Below are positions 57,989 to 64,000 of a DNA stretch of 64,000 nucleotides, piece after piece. A model generated the notes under the pieces. The model was not told where the DNA came from and made no database searches. It was given only the letters and a program-made list of their open reading frames with translations. The stretch is from positions 39,954 to 103,953 of IMG/VR virus record IMGVR_UViG_3300021963_005763. One strand, written 5' to 3'. Source of the stretch: a virus. Position 1 is the stretch's first letter. Every line of letters begins with the position of its first letter. Made by a program: the position numbers and the translations under genes.

Positions 57989-58431
57989 GTTTGAAATTCA
58001 GCAAAGATTTTTACAAGGTAAGAAACCTTGAAAAATATGTAGGCACAAAAGATCCGCTGTATAGAAGCAGTTGGGAACTGACATTTATGCTGTTTTGTGA
58101 TAACAACCCTAGCATACAGCAGTGGTCCAGCGAACCAGTGAAAATACCCTATATGGATCCGTTAACAGGTAAACAAACAGTGTACGTACCTGATTTTCTT
58201 ATTATGTACCTTGATAAAAATCTTAAAAAACATGTAGAGCTTATAGAAATTAAGCCAGCCAAACAGACATTAAAAGAAAAGGTAGGAAAAAATCCCTACG
58301 ATCAGGCCCAATATGTAAAAAATATGGCTAAGTGGGGAGCGGCTAGCGAATGGGCTAGAAATCATGGTATTAAATTTCGTGTTATAAACGAACAAGATAT
58401 TTTCCATTCCGGGAAAAAATCAAAAAGATAA
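57985..58431 (+). CDS. gp4: Head completion nuclease, gp4-like (TnsA-like PD-(D/E)xK)
   Basis: KYVG...YRSSWE..FM.FCD.NP....WSSE...IPY, YVPDF, IEIKP..Q, N.AKW.AA. Confidence 0.85.
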   Translation: MSLKFSKDFYKVRNLEKYVGTKDPLYRSSWELTFMLFCDNNPSIQQWSSEPVKIPYMDPLTGKQTVYVPDFLIMYLDKNLKKHVELIEIKPAKQTLKEKVGKNPYDQAQYVKNMAKWGAASEWARNHGIKFRVINEQDIFHSGKKSKR

Positions 58432-58438
58432 GTACATC

Positions 58439-58915
58439 ATGACAAAAAAATTAGAAACTTTATTCAACCTACCAGGGCAAGAAGAATTTATTGATCCTAA
58501 GACATTTTCAAATTTGCCGTCTACTATCGATTTACAGGAAAAATTAGAGGAATTTGATAAAATCTCTAGTGCCTTACCTAAGGTAAAGGGCTTGGGAGAT
58601 ATGGCAGATAGTGAACTAGATGCTCTTGCAGCCAAGGCAGAACAGGCATATGACGACCTTATGGATCTTGGTATGAACGTAGAAGTAAGATATGGTGCTA
58701 GAATGTTTGAGGTAGCAGCTAATATGATGAATGCCGCCATTCAGGCAAAAAGTGCCAAAATTGATAAAAAATTAAAGATGGTAGATCTTCAGTTGAAAAA
58801 ACTTGCGATTGATAAAAAACACTCATCAGCAGAGACTAATACCATTGAGGCAGAGGGTTATGTTTTATCGGACAGGAACAGCCTGTTAGAAAAACTTAAG
58901 AATATGAATAAATAA
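58439..58915 (+). CDS. Hypothetical helical protein (possible small terminase)
   Basis: Coiled-coil 158 aa upstream of the large terminase; the function is a positional guess. Confidence 0.35.
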   Translation: MTKKLETLFNLPGQEEFIDPKTFSNLPSTIDLQEKLEEFDKISSALPKVKGLGDMADSELDALAAKAEQAYDDLMDLGMNVEVRYGARMFEVAANMMNAAIQAKSAKIDKKLKMVDLQLKKLAIDKKHSSAETNTIEAEGYVLSDRNSLLEKLKNMNK

Positions 58916-58919
58916 TACT

Positions 58920-59513
58920 ATGAAAACCTTTACAGAATATCTAACCGAAAGTCAAAAGCGTTATGATTTCAAAATCAAAATCGCCGGCAATATGACTAAC
59001 GACCAAGAAACGGTGTTAAAAAACAGCCTAGAAAGGTTCGTTACCAGCAGTTTCAAAAAATCAGGCAAGACTCCTATTCAAGAACTTCCTTTAGATTTTC
59101 CACATGTGAAAAATATGGAAGTGAATATTTACGAAGTAAGTTTAGGCTATCCCACCACACAGCATGAATTAACTGAGTATGTCAGCCAGGCTCTAAAATT
59201 AAATAAATCAATGGTTGTTGTAAAAAGACCCGGCGAGCCTAGTGAAGAATATCAAACTCCTGCAGCAGAGCGTAAAGGAGCACTGTTAGACGATCCAGAT
59301 TATAAAGAAGCTCCTAATGCCAAATTTGAAGATTATTACGGCGACAAATATAATTCGGGGTTTGTAAAAGAACTTAATGATATTCTTAAACTACAACGCA
59401 AAGAGCGTGGTGAGCAAAGACCTACCGAAGGTGATGCTAAATTTAGTACAGATTCGCCTGCAGGTACACAAAGTCCAATAAAGGCAACGGACTATAACCC
59501 GTTAAGGAAATAA
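58920..59513 (+). CDS. Hypothetical late protein
   Basis: 197 aa; TAAATA at 58909-58914. Confidence 0.55.
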   Translation: MKTFTEYLTESQKRYDFKIKIAGNMTNDQETVLKNSLERFVTSSFKKSGKTPIQELPLDFPHVKNMEVNIYEVSLGYPTTQHELTEYVSQALKLNKSMVVVKRPGEPSEEYQTPAAERKGALLDDPDYKEAPNAKFEDYYGDKYNSGFVKELNDILKLQRKERGEQRPTEGDAKFSTDSPAGTQSPIKATDYNPLRK

Positions 59514-59515
59514 TT

Positions 59516-60271
59516 ATGCAGATGCTAGATGTATTGAAAAGATTAGCAGAACTAGATTCCGGCAATCCAAGAGTTTATAATGACACGCCTACTCTTAATA
59601 ATGAGAGCAAGGATGTAGATGAAGAAAAAGCCGATGAAGGTCCTGAAATCCTAAAAATAAAATCAGATCAAGCCAAATCTAAAGGTGAGAAATCTTTCAA
59701 AGTAGGCGACAAAACTTTCCCGGTAAAAGAAGGCGAAGACGAACAGGTTGAAGAATGCGGTATGATGCCTGCAATTGGCGGTATGAATGATCATCATACT
59801 CCGGCCAGCATAAACATTTCAGCAGATAGCGGTGATGAACTAAGTGCCATGTTACGTGATATAATGACACTGGCAGGTCGTGATCATCATGATCATGGTA
59901 ACATGGACATGTCGGAGCCTATGGGAGATATTCCTCCACCAGCAGAAGTAGATACAGACAGTAGTAACGACATGGGTATGTATGAACCAACAATGATGCG
60001 TAGTATGATTGACAAATTAAACCCCGGCGACGATGAAGGAGGTGACCAAGACGGCGACCAGGAAGACGACGAAGAAGTTAAAGAATACGACAACGAACCT
60101 AACCCTACAACATCCGGTTATGCAAGTATGACTCCTACAGGCAACGACCTAAGCAGTCATGGGGATAATGAAGCAAGCAAAGTTAATGGCGGCGGCAACC
60201 CTTATACTCGTACAATGGAACAAATTGAACAAAGTTTGTTTACAGAGTATAAGAAATTCGTGAACGAATAA
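59516..60271 (+). CDS. Hypothetical acidic protein, possible internal head protein
   Basis: 251 aa, Asp/Glu-rich, contains IMTLAG. Confidence 0.5.
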   Translation: MQMLDVLKRLAELDSGNPRVYNDTPTLNNESKDVDEEKADEGPEILKIKSDQAKSKGEKSFKVGDKTFPVKEGEDEQVEECGMMPAIGGMNDHHTPASINISADSGDELSAMLRDIMTLAGRDHHDHGNMDMSEPMGDIPPPAEVDTDSSNDMGMYEPTMMRSMIDKLNPGDDEGGDQDGDQEDDEEVKEYDNEPNPTTSGYASMTPTGNDLSSHGDNEASKVNGGGNPYTRTMEQIEQSLFTEYKKFVNE

Positions 60272-60291
60272 GGCAATGATTTGTTCACATC

Positions 60292-60319
60292 AAATAGCCC
60301 CTTAGGGGGCTATTTTTTT
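60292..60319 (+). terminator. Rho-independent terminator
   Basis: AAATAGCCCC-ttag-GGGGCTATTT followed by T run. Confidence 0.85.
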
Positions 60320-60333
60320 CAGTAAATAATTAT

Positions 60334-61914
60334 ATGGCTATTACTAAAGATTACAAGTTGGTAAAAAATGCTAATGTCCAACAAAAATGGACAGAAGCTG
60401 AAATCAATGATCTTCTAACCTGTTCTGATCAAGAAAAAGGTCCGCACTATTTTCTAAACAATTTTTTCTACATACAACATCCTGTAAGAGGCAAGTTAAA
60501 GTACGAAGCATTTGATTATCAACGTCGTTTAGTTGATAGTTATCATCAACACAGATTTAACATTAACCTACTGCCCCGCCAAACAGGTAAGACTACGACA
60601 GCCGCAGGTTATCTGCTTTGGTTTGCTATGTTTATTCCAGATAGTACCATACTTGTAGCAGCACACAAATACACAGGTGCGCAGGAAATCATGCAGCGTA
60701 TTAGATATGCCTATGAATTATGCCCAGATCATATTCGCTGTGGCGTAGTCAGTTATAACAAACAAAGTATAGAGTTTGACAACGGTAGTCGTATTGTAGC
60801 ACAGACTACAACAGAAACAACAGGTCGTGGTATGAGTATTTCCTTACTCTATGCTGACGAGTTTGCCTTTGTAGAACCGAACATTGCTACAGAATTTTGG
60901 ACTTCAATTCGTCCTACCTTGGCCACAGGTGGTAAGGCCATACTTACATCTACACCAAACTCAGATGAAGATCAATTTGCTCTAATTTGGAAAGACGCCA
61001 GTTACAGGTTTGATGAACATGGTAATACAACCACAGTAGGACGCAATGGATTTTTTCCATTTAGAGCACACTGGAGCGAACATCCTGAACGTGATGAAAA
61101 ATGGGCTGAAGTAGAGCGTGCCAGTATAGGTGAAGAACGCTTCCGACGTGAGCATGAATGCGAATTTTTGGTCTTCGATGAAACGCTAATCAGCAGCCTA
61201 AAATTAGCTACTTTAGAGGGCAAAGAGCCATTTATGAAGATGGGACAGTGTCGTTGGTATAAGAAGGTCAAACCCAACTGCTCATATATTGTTGCCCTCG
61301 ATCCCAGTCTGGGCACAGGTGGAGATCCAGCGGCTATACAGATATTAGAAATTCCCAGTTTCGAACAGGCGGGTGAATGGCAGCACAACCTTACCACTAT
61401 ACAAGGGCAGGTTCGGATACTTAGAGATATCTGTAATTACATCAATGACGAATGTGCTAGACAAGGTAGTCAGGCCAACCTATATTTCAGTGTGGAAAAT
61501 AATGCTGTAGGTGAAGCAGCACTTGTGGCCATATCAGAATTAGGTGAAGAAAGCATACCAGGTCTGTTCCTCAGTGAACCCATAAAGAAAGGTCATGTGC
61601 GTAGATTTAGAAAAGGTTTTAACACCACACACTCAGCGAAAATATCTATCTGTGCTAAGTTAAAACACTTAATTGAAAGTGATCGTCTTAAAATCTACAG
61701 CAAGCCATTGGTAAGTGAGTTAAAGACCTACATAGCCAAGGGCATAAGTTTTGCGGGTAAAGTAGGAGCAACTGACGACTTAGTTAGCAGCATGTTGTTA
61801 GCATTACGTATGGTAATGATGCTACAAGAATGGGATCCTTCTATATACGATAAAATGCGTGAAGAACGAGAAGATGAGTGGATTATGCCCATGCCCATTT
61901 ACATAACGCACTAA
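60334..61914 (+). CDS. gp17: Terminase large subunit
   Basis: PRQTGKTT Walker A, LLYADEFAF Walker B, TSTPN, ALDPS, ENN, DDLV nuclease motifs. Confidence 0.95.
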   Translation: MAITKDYKLVKNANVQQKWTEAEINDLLTCSDQEKGPHYFLNNFFYIQHPVRGKLKYEAFDYQRRLVDSYHQHRFNINLLPRQTGKTTTAAGYLLWFAMFIPDSTILVAAHKYTGAQEIMQRIRYAYELCPDHIRCGVVSYNKQSIEFDNGSRIVAQTTTETTGRGMSISLLYADEFAFVEPNIATEFWTSIRPTLATGGKAILTSTPNSDEDQFALIWKDASYRFDEHGNTTTVGRNGFFPFRAHWSEHPERDEKWAEVERASIGEERFRREHECEFLVFDETLISSLKLATLEGKEPFMKMGQCRWYKKVKPNCSYIVALDPSLGTGGDPAAIQILEIPSFEQAGEWQHNLTTIQGQVRILRDICNYINDECARQGSQANLYFSVENNAVGEAALVAISELGEESIPGLFLSEPIKKGHVRRFRKGFNTTHSAKISICAKLKHLIESDRLKIYSKPLVSELKTYIAKGISFAGKVGATDDLVSSMLLALRMVMMLQEWDPSIYDKMREEREDEWIMPMPIYITH

Positions 61915-61926
61915 TAAATATACATT

Positions 61927-63831
61927 ATGAAACCTATACAGATTATCAGCCAAGATCTATTTGACAAAGTTCGCAGCCGTTTTAGCAATTTAGAAATGGG
62001 TGACGAAACCGGTGCTGTGACCATTGATCCAGCAGAAGCACGTTTTTTCGACTTTGACTTTGTGAGAGAAGGTGTAGATCTTGGTCGTGTCAGCATTAGT
62101 CTAAATGATTTAGGCAGTCTCAAAGTATACTACAGCCAAGGTATCACAGAAGGTCAGGATATCATGGGCAAGAAATTGTGGTATGATTTTCTCAAAGAAA
62201 TGCGTTACTTCGCCATGCGCAGACTATTGAGATTTGACACTAGAGACATAGCCAAGACTAACTTAGACAAAAACGATTTTCAACATTTAGCAGCCACGCA
62301 GGGCCCCAAGGAAGAAGATATGGCAAACATAGCAGAAGGACGTTGGAACGGTCGCAGCAGTTCTAAAACCAGTCGTGCTGTCAAGGGACGCACAGAAGTT
62401 ATCATTAGACACAACAAGCCTGTGGAAGAAACATTCCCAGGTGCTCGCAGCCAACGTAAAAACATCAAGGCAATCTTTATACAGAACAGAGATGGTGAAA
62501 GATTCAAATATCCTTTCATTCATCCCGCAGGCGCATTTGCCATGGCTCAGCATGTAGATCACGGTGGAGTTCCGCATGATCCAGCAGGCAAGGCCATTAT
62601 ACGTATGAGCGAAGAAATTGCTCAATTGGCAGAATTTCAAAAGACAGTAAGGGGCGCTACTCTACACGATGACGCATTGGGTATAACAGAAAGGGCCATA
62701 GGCCGACTACAAGAATTAAAGGCACAGATTGAAAGTTTGAGCAAGCGCCCACATTATGAATCATGGATGGCAGAATTTACAGCCACAGAAGATGATGGCT
62801 TACAGGCAGAATTAGATGCTGTTACAATGGAAGATTATAAGGCAAAATTTACAGAAAAAAATTATCAAGAATCACTTAGTCAATACTTCCCCCTACTACA
62901 TCGCATAATGAGTGAGGCTAACAAGGTAGATTTAGAATCATATGTTGAAGAAACAGATCAAGTAGAAGAACAGGCACAAGAATCAGTCAGTGAAACCGTC
63001 CCCCTAGGCAAATTAGATCAGGCATTCGCAGAGTGGGCAGAAGACGCCGCCAGTATGGAATTCGATGCGGCAAAATTGGCACAGGCTCTCCAGGAACTTC
63101 CACAACCATTAACACTTAGTGACGAAATGGCAGCGGACGAGGTAGTGCGTTTCTTCAGCGAATATGGCGTCGAAAGTCCCGAGTTAGCAGACAATCTCAA
63201 AGACCAAGCGAGAATTAATCCCGGTGCAGATCCTATTCAAGATGTGATCATGCCCTGGGCAATGAAACCAGAAAATCAAGACAAGTTTCCAGGATTGGCA
63301 GACATATTTCAAGCACCCGCTCCTGAATCCTCAGCAGCACCTGCTCCTGAACAACCACAGCCTGTGGCAGAAGATCGCGACATGAAGGCCATGATCGGTG
63401 AGGTTGCTCGCATTGTAAAAAGTTTCTATAATAGAGACAATCCCAATGTAGGACCTTTTCGTTCAGAAGAAGGTATTGCCATTGATGTGGAAAAAGAAAT
63501 CTCAGAAAAGTTCGGTGATGAGGCAGGCCAACATGCTCGAGTGCTGGCAGAAAAGTTCATGGCCAAACTTACCCAAGAATGGGCACAGCGTCATAGGGGT
63601 GATAGCCTAATGGGTGAGAAAGGTGTGGCGGAAGGCGATGATGAAGCCTTAGAAGCAATGAGTCGCCATGCTAAGGGCTACGAAAAATATGGCAAGAAAG
63701 GTATGGACGCTCTAAGACGAGCAGCACAGAATGGTGCTGGCGAAGAAAAAATGGATCAAATCCGCGATAAACATGATCGCTACGATGAAGAAGTTGATTT
63801 AATTCGTAAATTAGCAGGTATGGCAAAATAA
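61927..63831 (+). CDS. Hypothetical late protein (634 aa) ending IRKLAGMAK
   Basis: Long ORF; TAAATA at 61915-61920; acidic C-terminal half. Confidence 0.6.
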   Translation: MKPIQIISQDLFDKVRSRFSNLEMGDETGAVTIDPAEARFFDFDFVREGVDLGRVSISLNDLGSLKVYYSQGITEGQDIMGKKLWYDFLKEMRYFAMRRLLRFDTRDIAKTNLDKNDFQHLAATQGPKEEDMANIAEGRWNGRSSSKTSRAVKGRTEVIIRHNKPVEETFPGARSQRKNIKAIFIQNRDGERFKYPFIHPAGAFAMAQHVDHGGVPHDPAGKAIIRMSEEIAQLAEFQKTVRGATLHDDALGITERAIGRLQELKAQIESLSKRPHYESWMAEFTATEDDGLQAELDAVTMEDYKAKFTEKNYQESLSQYFPLLHRIMSEANKVDLESYVEETDQVEEQAQESVSETVPLGKLDQAFAEWAEDAASMEFDAAKLAQALQELPQPLTLSDEMAADEVVRFFSEYGVESPELADNLKDQARINPGADPIQDVIMPWAMKPENQDKFPGLADIFQAPAPESSAAPAPEQPQPVAEDRDMKAMIGEVARIVKSFYNRDNPNVGPFRSEEGIAIDVEKEISEKFGDEAGQHARVLAEKFMAKLTQEWAQRHRGDSLMGEKGVAEGDDEALEAMSRHAKGYEKYGKKGMDALRRAAQNGAGEEKMDQIRDKHDRYDEEVDLIRKLAGMAK

Positions 63832-63854
63832 CCTATTTTCTAAATCAAAATAAC

Positions 63855-63883
63855 TTGACAAACTAAATACTCATGCGTATTAT
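63855..63883 (+). promoter_or_regulatory. Sigma70 promoter with a late promoter embedded in its spacer
   Basis: TTGACA-17 nt-TATTAT; TAAATA at 63864-63869. Confidence 0.75.
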
Positions 63884-63965
63884 TGTAATACGCACTTTTT
63901 CTTTTTAGTCAGTGGGCTAAGAAGAAGTGGCAAATACAAAGGCATAAACATTAAGGAGAAACATT

Positions 63966-64000
63966 ATGGCAACTTTGGCAGAGATTCGTGCGAAACTTCA
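63966..64000 (+). CDS. Start of probable single-stranded DNA-binding protein, gp32-like (truncated by the window end)
   Basis: MATLAEIRAKL after an AAGGAG SD; only 11 codons visible. Confidence 0.5.
   Translation, partial: MATLAEIRAKL

Noticed and set aside
57985-58431. Tn7 TnsA transposase / mobile element
   Set aside because: Motifs and context fit the T4 gp4 head-completion protein; no other transposon genes or ends
12899-63200. Many 60-240 aa ORFs nested in or antisense to structural genes (e.g. 14024-14506, 17090-17614, 35919-36647, 61002-61397)
   Set aside because: Expected from codon bias of Gly/Thr/Ala- or Asp/Glu-rich genes; no SD, promoter or motif support
4102-63831. Stop-codon reassignment, introns or inteins in core genes
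   Set aside because: Portal, capsid, terminase, gp46/47 and sheath are intact in the standard code, with no splicing motifs noticed

Overview
A 64-kb, AT-rich segment of a large T4-like myovirus (jumbo-phage-style gene order). It contains nearly the whole virion morphogenesis region: baseplate, tape measure, portal, protease, scaffold, major capsid, about 21 kb of fibre/adhesin genes, neck, tail terminator, sheath, tube, head completion and large terminase. It also carries a small host-sigma70-driven block (gp55-like late sigma, gp47/gp46 nuclease, Hc1-like histone-like protein, GIY-YIG nuclease), a dNMP kinase, a Nudix hydrolase, a glycosyltransferase and the first codons of a probable gp32 SSB. 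No tRNA, rRNA, CRISPR array, integrase or reverse transcriptase was recognised. Most notable: (1) a ~410-nt, ~48% GC, ORF-free, densely base-paired element starting right after the stop codon of a minimal GIY-YIG nuclease, a candidate nuclease + large ncRNA system; (2) a U-UUU-UUC -1 frameshift site joining the gp26-like gene to the next ORF, like lambda gpG/gpGT; (3) many late genes with the TAAATA promoter only 4-7 nt before an SD-less ATG, implying leaderless mRNAs. All product calls come from motif recognition and synteny by eye; no database searches were run.
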